Assembly: GCF_009914755.1 (NCBI RefSeq) | Contig: NC_060948.1 | DNA: 64,000 nucleotides | Source of the DNA: the human T2T-CHM13v2.0 reference genome, Homo sapiens | Reading direction: 5' to 3' (one strand) | Shown here: positions 1-14,802 of the stretch, piece after piece | How the letters are laid out: the number at the start of each line of letters is the position of its first letter | How positions within the stretch are numbered: the stretch's first letter is position 1 | Position numbers and translations under genes: made by a program | Notes under the pieces: model-generated | Told to the model about the DNA's origin: nothing | The model's input: the letters and a program-made list of their open reading frames with translations, nothing else | Databases searched by the model: none

Positions 1-326
1 CTGCCTCAGCCTCTGGAGTACCTGGGATTACAGGCGCCTGCCACCACGCCCAGCTAATTTTTTGTATTTTTAGTAGAGATGGGGTTTCACCATGTTGGTC
101 AGGCTGGTCTCGAACTCCTGACCTTGTGATCCACCCGCCTCAGCCTCCCAAAGTGCAGGGATTACAGGCATGTGCCACCGCGCCCACCTAATTTTTTTGT
201 ATTTATAGTAGAGACGGGGTTTCTCCATGTTGGTCAGGTTGGTCTCGAACTCCTGACTTCAGGTGATCCACCTGTCTCAGCCTCCCAAAGTGCAGGGATG
301 ACAGGCGTGAGCCATTGCACCTGGCC
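1..326 (-). mobile_element. Alu (AluS-type, cut by the window edge) with an extra tandem left arm
   Basis: Antisense Alu motifs; the left-arm block GTAGAGA..GGGGTTTC..CCTCCCAAAGTGCAGGGAT occurs twice; ends CCTGGCC at 326. Confidence 0.9.
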
Positions 327-393
327 AATAAACTCGCTTTTATATATTAATCAATCCTATTAGTTCTGTCCCTCTAGCCAACCCTGATTAATA
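327..393 (+). mobile_element. MLT2 (ERVL) LTR 3' end fragment
   Basis: AATAAACTC..ATCCTATTAGTTCTGTCCCTCTAG..AACCCTGATTAATA resembles the MLT2A/B terminus. Confidence 0.7.
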
Positions 394-509
394 TGCTGGC
401 CATGATGAAAATGGAGATCAGATAGCACTTGTTATACCTGGCACCCTTGGAGTTTAGGCCCAGCTGACCATTAATGTTGAAAAAAGGTAAATAAAGGTTA
501 AAAAAGGGG

Positions 510-642
510 GTCATAAGACACAAGAACATACTCTTGGCAGCAATAAGATACCAAATTCCTGCCTGACTCTGGTGTACCCTTATGTGACACAGAGCAGGAC
601 CTGGAGGAAATCTAAATATTTTACCCTAAAATGTATTTTTTT
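510..642 (+). mobile_element. ERV1 LTR fragment (MER34/MER39-like)
   Basis: AATAAGATACCAAATTCC..CCTGACTCTGGTGTA..AAATATTTTACCCTAAAAT resembles these LTRs. Confidence 0.45.
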
Positions 643-808
643 GGCCGGGTGCAGTGGCTCACGGCTGTAATCCCAGCACTTTGGGAGGCTGAGGTGGGTG
701 GGTCACAGGGTCAGGAGTTTGAGACCAGCCTGACCAACATGGTGAAACTCCGTGTCTACTAAAAATACAAAAATTAGCCAGGTGTGGTGGCAGGCACCTG
801 TCATGCCA
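643..808 (+). mobile_element. Alu, 3'-truncated
   Basis: GGCCGGGTGCAGTGGCTCAC start, A-rich linker, stops early in the right arm. Confidence 0.9.
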
Positions 809-995
809 GGTGGGTTTTACTCAGTCACCATTAATAAGACAAACCAACACAGGGAGGGGTCCATTGTGAAGCTGTAACTCAATTTTATAAACAAAATAAT
901 AAAAATAATACAAAAACATGAGACATTTGCTGCTGGAGAGAGGAAGAGAGAAAGAAAGGGGCAGACAGAAGACACACAAAATAAAAAACTTTGGA

Positions 996-1467
<472 letters not shown>

Positions 1468-1487
1468 ACAAAATATTTTTTAAAATG

Positions 1488-2369
<882 letters not shown>

Positions 2370-2370
<1 letters not shown>

Positions 2371-2408
2371 AAGAAGAAGGAAAGAAAAAAAGAAAGAAAG
2401 AAGGAAAA

Positions 2409-2468
<60 letters not shown>

Positions 2469-2565
2469 GAAAGAAAGAAAGAAAAGAGAAAGAAAGAAAA
2501 GGAAGGAAGGAGAGAAAGAAGAGAAAGAAAAGAAACAAAGAAGAAAGGAGAAAAGAAAAAAGGAA
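2370..2565 (+). repeat. (GAAA)n purine-rich microsatellite derived from an Alu tail
   Basis: Directly visible. Confidence 0.95.
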
Positions 2566-2619
2566 TTATGGAAAAGAAAGCAGGGGGAGACGTTGGGAAG
2601 ACAGCCAGAAAAGGCCCTG

Positions 2620-2990
2620 TCCTTTCCCCGGGCCCTGGCTGACCGTGTAATGGCAAATTGATATAGGGCTGCAGCCCTGTCCTTCATGGAAAGTGACTGA
2701 GAGATCTGTCAGGACCCGTGTGCGCATTTTGATCTGCAGAAAGATTGAATTAGGCAGGGGATTAGAGTGGGGAACATTGCGATGCTTGCCGTTGTGAAAA
2801 CAAATGTCAGGTAGGCGTTCATTAGGCGGGCTGGGAGCAAGCCAGCTCTGTAGAAAGCACATTTATAGCCCACGAGGACACAGCATTTGACCTTGTCCCG
2901 TTGGAAGAAGCGGGGAGGGGGGTGGCGGATCCCAGGAGTTGATTTGTACGGCAGTGGCAATGAGTGGGTTGGGGGCTATTTGTTGAACGT
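2620..2990. promoter_or_regulatory. Candidate developmental enhancer (unique island)
   Basis: Non-repetitive; TAATGG, AATTGAT, GAATTAG, TTCATTAG, TTTATAG, TGTCAG x2 and TGACCT motifs; conservation not testable here. Confidence 0.4.
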
Positions 2991-3039
2991 CTCTGTGGGC
3001 TGTGGGCTTCTGTCTGCAGGGTTCTTTTGTTCCTGGTGT

Positions 3040-4285
3040 GTGTGCCATCTCATGCGTGCATAAGAACATACATGAATGCACACACACACGTACACACAGT
3101 GTGGTTACACATGCGTGCCTGGGAGGTGGCATATTCAGGTTTTGTCTTTGCTAGATTGTTACTCCAGCCATGCACAAGCTTTCACATGTGTGCAGTCATG
3201 CAAACATGCACACACATGCACACACACACATGCACACACAGTGTGGATACACATGCATGCCTGGGAGAAGGCATACGCAGATTTCTTCTTTGCTAGCTTC
3301 TTGCTGTGGCCATGCACAAACTCTCACATGTGTGCACTCATACAAACATGCACATACATGCATGCACACACAGTGTGCATACACATGCATGCCTGGGAGG
3401 AGGCATATGCAGATTTATTCTTTGCTAGCTTCTTGCAGTGGCCATGCACAAACTCTCACGTGTGTGTGCACTCATGCACACATGCACACTCACACACATA
3501 TGCACACATGTGCATGCAAAGTGTGATTACACATGCAGTCTTAGGAAGAGGCATATACAGATTTCTTGTCTGCTAGATTCTTGCTCCAGGCATGCACAAG
3601 CTCTCACAAGTGTGCAGTCATGCAAACATACACACACACACATGCACACACAGTGTGCATACACATGCATGCCTGAGAGGAGGCATATGCAGATTTTTCT
3701 TTGCTAGATTCTTGCTGTGGCCATGCACAAGCTCTCACGTGTGTGTGCACTCATGCACACATGCGCACACACACACATCCACACACGTGCATGCACGCAC
3801 AGTGTGGTTACATATGTGTGCCTGGGAGGTGGCATATGCAGATTTTGTCTTTGCTAGATTGTTACTCCAGCCATGCACAAGCTTTCACATGTGTGCAGTC
3901 ATGCAAACATGCATATACATGCATGCACACACATGCACACACAGTGTGGATACACATGCGTGCCTGGGAGAAGGCATATGCAGATTTATTCTTTGCTAGC
4001 TTCTTGCTGTGGCCATGCAGAAGCACTCATGTCTATGTGCACACATGTACACGCACACACATCCACACATGTGCACGCACACACAGTGTGGTTAAACTTT
4101 TATGCCTGGGAGTTGGCACAGGCTAATTTTCTCTTTGCTAGATTCTTGCTCTGGCCACGCACAAGCTCTCACGTGTCTGTGCAGTCATGCAAACACACAC
4201 ACACGCAGTGCACAAGCTCTCACATGTGTGTGCAGCCATGCAAACACACACACACACATGCAGTGTCTATATGCACGACTGGCTG
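3040..4285. repeat. About 140-bp CA/TG-rich minisatellite, 8-9 units
   Basis: Anchor TGCTAG recurs at about 3149, 3291, 3423, 3571, 3702, 3852, 3994 and 4136. Confidence 0.92.
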
Positions 4286-4466
4286 GGAAGAAATCCAGGT
4301 GAAATGCCTCTTTGCTTTGTGGTTCCCCTAAGCTCCATCTTGACCAGACACCTGACCTCAGTCAAATCCAGGAAAACAGTAAATCGGGTCAATTCTCAAG
4401 GGGGATCTTGTTTTTATCCAACTGACAACTACCAGATATGTATTTACTTGTTTGCAAGCGTGTTTT

Positions 4467-4745
4467 AATTTATTTATTTATTTATTTTTGAGACACAGTT
4501 TCATTCTATCTCTGCAGTGCCATGGCATGATCTCAGCTCACTGCAGTCTCTGCCTCCCAGGTTCAAGCAATTCTCCTGCCTCAGCCTCTGGAGTAGCTGA
4601 GATGACAAGCATGCACCACCACGCCCAGCTAATTTTTGTATTTTTGGTAGAGACTGGGCTGGTCTTGATCTCCTGACCTCAGGTGATCCACCTGCCTCGG
4701 CCTCCCAAAGTGCTGGGATTACAGGCATGAGCCACTGTGCCCGAT
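4467..4745 (-). mobile_element. Alu with internal deletions
   Basis: (TTTA)n tail and antisense Alu arms. Confidence 0.88.
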
Positions 4746-4747
4746 CT

Positions 4748-5197
4748 ATTTTGAAATTTTTATAGATTTTAGGGGTTTAAGTGCAATTTTGTTGCATGTG
4801 TAGATTGCAGAATGGTGAACTCAGAGATTTTAGTGTATCCATCACCCAAATAGTGTATATTGTACCCATTAAATAACTTCTCATCCGTCTGCTTCAGCCT
4901 CCCGAGTAGCAGGGATTACAAGTGTGTGCCAGCAAGCCCGTCTACTTTTTGTATTTTTTTTTTAAGAAGAAACAGGGTTTCACCATGTTGGCCAGGCTGG
5001 TCTCGGTCTCGAACGCCTGACCTCAGGTGATCTGCCCGCCTCGGCCTCCCAAAGTGCTGGGACGACAGGCATGAGCCCGCGTGCCCTGCTGCAGGTGTCT
5101 TTTTGATAGAATGACTTCTTTTCCTTTGGATAGATAACCAGGAGTGGAATTGTTCCATGGAAGGGTCGTTCTGTTTTCGGTTCTTTGAGAAATTTCC
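4748..5197 (-). mobile_element. L1PB/L1MA 3' fragments interrupted by a partial Alu (4889-5086)
   Basis: TATCCATCACCCAAATAGTGTATATTGTACCCAT and GGTGTCTTTTTGATAGAATGACTTCTTTTCCTTTGG L1 3'UTR motifs. Confidence 0.75.
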
Positions 5198-5677
5198 AGG
5201 TGTGTAAAACCAAAACCTCTGCCATTGCTTCCAGCCTGAGGTTTGGAATGTTTGGGGTGGGCAGCGGGAGAAAAATGGTGGAGAGGCCTCACATTGGCCC
5301 CAGCCAGCCTGAGGATATCCTACTGCACCTGCCAGGGGCCCTGTGGGACCTCCCTGCTGCTAACAAGCATGCCTCATTTACCATGCAAATGTTCCTTGGG
5401 GAGTCAGGCCTATCCATCACTCACCCTTCTTCCAGGACCTACCCCTCCCTTCCCTCCCCTCCCCCCACAATGGTCTCCAGTCACAGGAGGTCTTAACACA
5501 CATCAGCTGTGCTGGGCTGGCAGTGCGGATGTCAGTTTGGTGGGGCCCAAAGTGAAGTGTATCTTAAGGGTTTTCTTTAAGGAAAACAACAACAACAAGA
5601 AAACGTGAAATCTCTCACAAGATCCATTCTGGTACATTGGACATTGCTGCTCTGTGGGGTCCTGAACTGGTTCATGG

Positions 5678-5912
5678 AGGAGGGAGGAAAGAAGGAAGGA
5701 AGGAAGGAAGGAAGGAAGGAAGGAAGGAAGGAAGAAAGGAGAGAGGGAAAAGATAAAAGGGAGGGAGGGAGGAAGAGAGGAAGAAAGGGAGGAAAAGAAG
5801 GAAGGAGGACAGGAGGAGGGACAAGTAAGAAAGGAAAGAAAGGAGGAAAAGAAGAAAGAAGAAAGGAGGGAGAGAAGGACAGAAAGAGGGCGAGAGAGAA
5901 AGAAAGAAAAAA
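5678..5912 (+). repeat. (GGAA)n / purine-rich low-complexity tract
   Basis: Directly visible. Confidence 0.95.
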
Positions 5913-5914
5913 AC

Positions 5915-6228
5915 ACTATCTATCCTATGAATGTATGATGTATTAATCATCTCCCTGTCATCTACTTGTCATACATCTACCTATCTCATTTATCTATCAT
6001 CAATCATCTACATATCTGTCTTATCTATCTATTCATCTTATCTATGTATCTATTACCATCATGTATCTATATATCTATCTACCTAAGTATGTATCTGTTA
6101 CCATCATCTATTTATCTATCTATCTATCTACCTATCTATGTATCTATTACCATCATCTATCTATCTATCTATCTATCTTCTATCTACCTTCTATCTACCT
6201 ATGTATGTATCTATTACCATCATCTATC

Positions 6229-6262
<34 letters not shown>

Positions 6263-6358
6263 TACCATCATCTATCTATCTATCTATCTATCTTCTATCT
6301 ATCTTCTATCTACCTTCTATCTACCTATGTATGTATCTATTACCATCATCTATCTATC

Positions 6359-6404
<46 letters not shown>

Positions 6405-6497
6405 TACCATCATCTATCTATTTGTCTATCTATCTATCTACCTACCTATCATCTTCTATCTACCTAAGTATGTATCTATTACCATCATCTGTCTATC

Positions 6498-6540
<43 letters not shown>

Positions 6541-6604
6541 ATCTATCTACCTAAGTATCTATTACCATCACCTATCTTCTATCTATCTATGTATCTCTCT
6601 ATCT

Positions 6605-6641
<37 letters not shown>

Positions 6642-6720
6642 AAGTATCACCATCATCTATGTATCTCTCATCTATTTTATCTATACATCTATCTATCATC
6701 TATCATCCATCTATATGTCT
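5915..6720 (+). repeat. Complex (TATC)n array with spacer CTACCTAAGTATGTATCTATTACCATCATC
   Basis: Directly visible. Confidence 0.95.
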
Positions 6721-6721
6721 C

Positions 6722-6858
6722 TTTTGTATTATGGCACAATACACATAACATAAGATTTACCTTTTAACAACTTTAAAATGCAAAGTTCAGTGCCACGAAG
6801 TCCATTCCCAATGTTGGGCCACCATCACCACTGTCTCATTTCAAAACATTGTCATCAG
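6722..6858 (-). mobile_element. L1MB-type 3' end fragment
   Basis: CACATAACATAAGATTTACCTTTTAACAACTTTAAAATG..CACCATCACCACT. Confidence 0.65.
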
Positions 6859-7555
6859 ATTGCACTGAATGGAGACACCAAGTGATGCCTGCTTAGTCAG
6901 AGAGCAGACGTTTGCTCAGCAAGGGGCTGCGACCAGGAGAATGGCGGACAGAGCATGGCCGAGAAGGCTGTCTTCAGCCTCCAGCCCCAGCCCGTCTCTG
7001 CCATCTGCATCCCTGAACTATTGGAAGAGGGGTTGACTGATGGTTGGCTGCCTGTCATCTCTCCTCTTTGATCACAGCCCTGCTTCTTGTTCAATCTCCC
7101 CCTCTCCCCCACCCCCTGCCAACCATCCAGCCACTGCTCTCTCTCTCTCTCTCTCTCTGATCCCCACGGTGGATGGAAGACCCCACCCCGCATTTCCAAA
7201 CACACAGAATATAGTCTCACTCTTCAAAGCAACGACGAATCTCTATGACTATTTCAAAATCATCAGGAGAGGGAATCTGGGTGAGGTTGACTCAGGGATC
7301 TGGGATCACAGGGCGGGGGTCAGACGAAGCCGGCTTCTGTAGGTGAGGAGGGACGGAGAGCTGACAGAGGCCCTGGGGGCCACACAGCGTGAAGTTTCCA
7401 TTGCAGGAGTGATGACCGCACCAAGAACCTTTCACAGCACGGGTCAACCCAAGGCCATCTCAGAGACGCTTGAATATGCAGCGAGGTTGAGAGCTGTTTC
7501 AGGGCAATGTTCAGATGCAAATCTTCTGCTTCGTTCATAAAATAGAATGAACTAA

Positions 7556-7857
<302 letters not shown>

Positions 7858-8115
7858 TGGCTTTGCTATTCCTATCTGTGCCTGAATAAGCCGCCTCTTT
7901 GAGGTCTTCAATGAATGGTTGTTGAATGAAGGAGTGAGTACGTGGCTTGTTCGGCACATTTCAGCCAAGGATGTTCCACGAAGTGTCAACCATTCTTTCA
8001 ACAATCCATTCATGATCGAGTGAATAAGATGAAATGACATCATGGAATCAATAAGATGAAAAAGCTCAAGAGGAAATAATGAAAGCACAATCATTGTCAG
8101 GAAAACAAGGGCATT

Positions 8116-8421
8116 GGCCGGGCGCGGTGGCTCACGCCTGTCATCCCAGCACTTTGGGAGGCCGAGGCGGGTGGATCACCTGACCTCAGGAGTTTGAGAC
8201 CAGCCTGACCAACATGATGAAACCCCATCTCTACTAAAAATACAGAAATTGGCCGGGCATGGCAAGATCATGCCCCTGCACTCCAGCCTGGGTGGCAGAG
8301 TGAGACTCCATCTGAAAAAAAAAAAAAGGAAAGAAAGAAAGAGGAAAGAAAAAGAAAGAAAGAAGTAAGAAAGAGAAAAAAGAAAGAGAAAGAAAGAAAG
8401 AGGAAAGAAGAAAGAAAGAAA

Positions 8422-8466
<45 letters not shown>

Positions 8467-8815
8467 AGAAAGAAAGAAAGAAGGAAAGAAAGAAAGAGAA
8501 GAAAGAAAGAAAAAAGAAAGAGAGAGGGAGGGAGGGAGGAAAGAAGGAAGGAAAGAAAGAAAAAGAAAGAAAGAAACAAAGAAAGAAGGAAAGAAGGAAA
8601 GGAGAGAGGGAAGTGGAAGGGAGGCAAGGGGGAGGGAGGGAGTGAAGGAGGGAGGGAAGGAAAGAAGGAAGGAAGGAAGGACAAAAGAAAGAGAGAGAGA
8701 AAGAAAAGAAGAAAGAAAGAAGAAAAGAAAGAAGAAAGAAAGGAAAGAAGAAAGAAAAGAAAGAGAAAAAGAAAGAAAGAAGGAAGGGAGAGAGGAAGGA
8801 AGGAAGGAAGAAAGG
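8116..8815 (+). mobile_element. Alu with deleted right-arm core (8116-8328) plus about 490 bp of (GAAA)n/(GGAA)n
   Basis: Jumps from GGCATGGC to AAGATCATGCCCCTGCAC; purine tract follows. Confidence 0.92.
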
Positions 8816-9544
8816 CCATTAAGATTCCCTAAGCTATGGAGAACATTGATCTATTATGGGTTTCTCATGCTGGTGACGGGGAGAAAGTGGCAGATGATTG
8901 GTGGACGGATGGATACCTGATTTCTCAGAGTCTTGTTATCTTCTGAGTGCCAGGCTATCATTTTATAGAGGAAGCTAATAGAAACGGTCTGGCAATGGGC
9001 CTGGGGTCATCCGCTGGTGAGTAGCCGAGCCTGGTTCTGACGATGCACGTACCTGGCCCACAGGTGGAGGCTGTTAGGGGATGTCATAGGTAAGCAACAG
9101 GCCTTGAGCAGTGCTACCTGGCACTCCACAGCGTGCTAACCACCCCAAATTTTGCAGAAATCCTATAACATAGAAACGTTAAGAAACCTCAGAGGCAACA
9201 GGACTTTCATCCAGAAAGGGCAGGTGCATGGTGAGTCCCCCTGTCTCATCAGCTGGGTAAGAACTGGGTGATATTTCTATTTCTACACACAGGCTGACTT
9301 AGAGGCTTGAAGGTCCATAGCTAAGATCAGGGTGGGTATGGCAGGTGCATGTTCTCCATGTGATTCCATCTCCTGACTGTGCTTTTTGGTACCTGGAAAG
9401 ATCGTCTGTCTCTGAAACGACGGTGTGTGTGCTGCGTTGAAGGTGAACACAGCCCACGGTCATCTCTGCTCTTTTGGAAAAGTCACCACACATGTCCACA
9501 GATCCTTCCCGGCCAACTCTTTGGCAACTCCAGCAGCTGGGAGT

Positions 9545-9870
9545 CCATTTTCCTAATTTCTGCTTCTCACCGTAGTTCATAAATCAGAATGCAGATGAGA
9601 GACTCATGGTTAATTTTCCGCAGCGAGCCCAGAACGTCGGAGCCCATAAACTGCAGGAAGTCTCGGGCTGTGAATTTCTTGATGCTGACAAGTCAAACAG
9701 CTTAGAAATCATAATTATAAGTTACAAGTGGCTTAGGGGTTGTTCTCCGGACATAAAACTAATTTCATGTTTTTATTCATACTGTGTGAGAGAAAAGAGG
9801 GGAACGGGCTGGCGTTGGAGGGTGCTCCTGCAGATATCACAAGCTCCCTCTCTCAGCCTTAATGAGATCA
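9545..9870. promoter_or_regulatory. Candidate HOX/PBX/MEIS-type enhancer island
   Basis: TTCATAAATCA (= TGATTTATGAA), CCCATAAAC, ACATAAAAC, TGACAAGTCA, TAATTA. Confidence 0.4.
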
Positions 9871-10136
9871 GACGGCTTGCTTCCTTCTTTGTTACTGTCT
9901 GACTTGCCTTGAGGGGCTTTTGACGACTGTGTGGATGCTGCCCCTGCTTTTTTTCTGAGAGCGTACCTGTGAGGACGTGGCCAACCCAGGGGGTCTTCAC
10001 CAATAGGACACCGCATTTGCCCCCAGCACTGTGGCCTCAACATATATCTCTGTAAGAGTCCCCTGGGCCTACCATAAAAAAAGGACCCCAAACTGGGGGA
10101 CTTGAAGCAGCAGAAATAAGATTCTCTGCTTGTTGA

Positions 10137-10527
<391 letters not shown>

Positions 10528-10727
10528 TCATGCCTTTCTCTTATGTTCTGGTGATCCCAGCCATCTTTGGTTTGCAGACGCGTCTTTCCAATCTCTGCCG
10601 TCACCTTCATGGTCTTGATAGCTGTGTGTGTTTTTACGAACTCTCTCGTCTTGTTTATGAGAAGTCTAGTCATTAAATTGAAGGTTCACCCTAACCCAGT
10701 ATGACCTCCTAGTCATTTACATCTTAA

Positions 10728-10858
10728 CCCACTTATTCCCAAGGTTGCAAGTTTTTTGAATTTTTGCAATCAGAGCTTGGTGATGACCTTCAGCCATAGG
10801 ATATCAATAACTTCCACAAGCCTAGTGTTCCATTATTGGAACACTAGGCATAAATGAG
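10728..10858 (-). mobile_element. MER85 (piggyBac PGBD3-derived MITE)
   Basis: TTAA|CCC left end; GGTTGCAAGTTTTTTGAATTTTTGCAATCAG; GTTCCATTATTGGAAC palindrome; GGCATAAATG terminal repeat. Confidence 0.9.
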
Positions 10859-10933
10859 TGTTTACATCTGCAAAGATCCTATTCCCAAGTAAAGTCCCCT
10901 TCACAGATACCGCGGTTAGAAATTGAGCATATT

Positions 10934-11261
<328 letters not shown>

Positions 11262-12584
11262 TCAAGCCGTTTTCCAATCTCTAGGAAAAAAACAACAGCA
11301 CACACAGATATACATTTATCCCTTTTGGAAGAAGTAGCGTCTGCAGCTCTTTGAAAGACCAGAGAATTTTTACATTGTGAAGCTATTTAGGTACCTACTA
11401 CGTGCGGTGCTCTGCCATATGAAACATCAAACAGAAAATGACAAAGCAACCAAGAAAAGGCTTAACTTTCGGCTGAGAGGACGGACGGTTGCCGTCACTG
11501 ATTCGGCTTTTGTGTCTATAGCTGAACAGCCGAGGTGGTGTCACCACACTCTAGAGAGAAACCTGTCTAACCAGCAAGAGAAAGCAACTAGCTTGGTGTG
11601 CTGCAGAGACTTTAAGACTGGGGAGAAAGTTCAAGCAACATTCTGTAGCTTGCAAAACCAATCCAAGAAAATGAAATGAAAAACAAAAAACAAAAACAAA
11701 CAAAAAAAGGTAACCTATTGTCTTCTTGGATCTCCAGCCCTATAGTGGGAATGTGTTTCTCCAAAAATCATCTGTTTATCCGAAAAGGAAAAAAAAATAA
11801 AACGATAAAACAACAGCAAACCTCAATACAGAATCTCGTTCTTCTAAGACACAGACTTCACTGTGCTGATATCGCTTTTAAAGGAGGAAATTCAGAATAT
11901 ATCCACGTCTGCCTTTCCTTTAAAGACTGTTCATTGCAGAGGAACGTGGCCCTGCCAGTTTGACCTGCCTAGCAGGACTCCAATCAGAAAAGATAAGAGC
12001 ATGTTTAATTGATTAGTCAGAGTCTGTCCAGCGCTTTGAAGGTGAGGACTGAGATATTATTGTAATGATGAAGAGGGAGCTGTGATCTTTGGAGAATTTC
12101 TTCTCTCATGTAAGCCTCTTTCTCAATTTGATCTATGCTGCTCAAGTCTACTGCTGGGGTGTACAAATTACTGATCCCGATCAGTAGGAAGCACCTTACA
12201 TATTCAGGCGTGGGTTGCTGAACCTCGAGGCATGAAACCAAAGACGGGCTACTGAGAGACGGGAGCTGTCTCCAGCTATCCTTCTGGGAAGACAGTCTCA
12301 AGATGGCACCCGCCATGCTGGAGGTTGCCCAGGCATCATTCTTTTCTCTGAGATGTGTTGGCTGATTTCTCTTCACGGAACACATGCCACCTCCCCAGGG
12401 CAGCTCTTGAGGGAAATTCTTCCTGACACCTGTTGGAGCTTGAGCTATCTCCATGGTTTCTCTGAACCTTGACTGTTGCCATCAAACAGGTGTTAAATTA
12501 TGGCATATTGTCATTGCTTTATCCTCAGATTCCGCAACAGATCATAGGTCCTCTAAGGGGGATGACTATATGCTGTTTAATGCA

Positions 12585-12900
12585 TAGATTTGTTTTTTCA
12601 GAGCAGTTTTGGTTTCAGAGAAAGGGAGGGCAGAAAATAAAGAATTCCCCTATATCCCCTTCATTTTTCTCCCAGCAGTTTCTGCTATTATTAACATCTT
12701 GAATTCAGGGAGGACATGCGTTGCAATTGATAAACCCATATTGATTATTATTCACTAAAGGTGATAGTTGACACTGAGGTCACTCTTGGCATTGTACGTA
12801 GTTTACACTGAGGTCAGTCTTGGCGTTCTACATCCTATGGGTTTGGACATACACAGAAGCTTCACGGCCCTAAAAATCATCTGAGAGCCACTTATTTACC
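12585..12900 (-). mobile_element. L1MC-type 3' fragment
   Basis: AGAGCAGTTTTGGTTTCAGAGAAA, TATTATTAACATCTTG, GGTCACTCTTGG..TGTAC, TATGGGTTTGGACA, TTCACGGCCCTAAAAATC. Confidence 0.65.
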
Positions 12901-13365
12901 TACACCAACTGTATAGTTTTCTTCTCTGCATCACCAGTAGCACTGTGCCATAATCAATCATGAATCAATCAATCAGTCCTTGATCAATCAGCTTAACATG
13001 CTGCTCAGTGTCTGGGGCTCCTCCAGAGCCAGGGTCACCTTAGTCCTGCTCTGTGGCTGCAGGCTGACTTATAGGGTAAGGGTGTGTGGGACTCCTGTGT
13101 CCCTGGATTTGGTCTATAGGAAGCCCCAGGAAGATGGCAGGAACAGAGATGCCACCTTCAGTCTGACAGTTGGCTTCTCAGGATGACTCCCTACAGGGAT
13201 GGCAGGAGCTGGCCTCACCCGGCTCTTGAAGGCCATAGTCCTGACAGGTGGCCACATCTCCACCCCTAGACTGCTCTCTCTCCAGCTACTGGAAACCCAC
13301 TCCTCACAGCATAGTCACAAGTCTCCCCCACACTCTGCTCCCACGGATAAGATACTCTAGCCACT

Positions 13366-13729
<364 letters not shown>

Positions 13730-14214
13730 TCATCCCTGAGTAGTGGTTTCAGTTCCCTGCCAACCTATGGAATTGTCCAGAAAAGCCCATCACCTTCTTC
13801 TGCAGGAACCAGGAGCCACCTCACCCACTTGTTCCTACAAAGCCTGCCTTTCATGGCTTCTGATGGTTCATTGTACTAGAATGCAACTTCACATGCATGC
13901 TGTAAAGGGTCCTCTTCCCCCATCTGTGCATAGACGTGAGCAATCAATGTGGTTGTAGCTGTCATGCCTCCAGTGCTACATGCCATGGTCAGCCATCCCT
14001 AGCATCCTAGCACAAGAAACCCTTTCTTACCAAAGCAATGGATAGGAGGCTGTCCATCCATTGCTTCCCAAAACCACCTGCTCCTTGTAGTAAATTGTGA
14101 GGATAAACAGGGCAGTGTTCCATTTTGGACTGCCTCTATATATTTAAATTATCTTTGACTTGGGACCCACAAGATTATGGAAGAAGAACATGGGAAGCTT
14201 CCAGGAAACCTGGA

Positions 14215-14255
14215 TGTATTAGTCAGGGTTCTCTAGAGAGACAGAACTGATAAGA
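14215..14255 (-). mobile_element. MLT2 LTR terminal fragment
   Basis: TGTATTAGTCAGGGTTCTCTAGAGAGACAGAACT is the antisense MLT2 3' terminus. Confidence 0.75.
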
Positions 14256-14265
14256 CGGATGGATG

Positions 14266-14312
<47 letters not shown>

Positions 14313-14453
14313 GGATAGATAGATAGATAGATAGGTAATGGTAGTAGATACATACTTAGGTAGATAGAGGATGATAGATAGATAGATAGATAGACAGAGA
14401 GATGATGGTAATAGATACACACTTAGGTATATAGAAGATAGATAGATAGATAA

Positions 14454-14507
<54 letters not shown>

Positions 14508-14597
14508 GATAGACAGATGATGGTAATAGATACTTAGGTAGATAGAGGATGATAGATAGATAGATGATGGTAATAGATACATAGGTAGATAGAAGAC

Positions 14598-14644
<47 letters not shown>

Positions 14645-14761
14645 TCATAGATACATAGATACATAGATAGATGATGGTAATAATACATACTTAGGTAGAT
14701 AGAAGATAGATAGATGATAGATAGATGATGGTAATAGATACATACTTAGGTAGATAGAGGG

Positions 14762-14802
<41 letters not shown>

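Noticed and set aside
3076-4331. Cys/His-rich ORFs resembling zinc-finger or metal-binding proteins
   Set aside because: Arise in all three frames from the CA/TG minisatellite; no C2H2 spacing or linkers
12017-12454. 145-aa ORF in unique sequence
   Set aside because: No recognisable domain and no supporting exon structure; length compatible with chance
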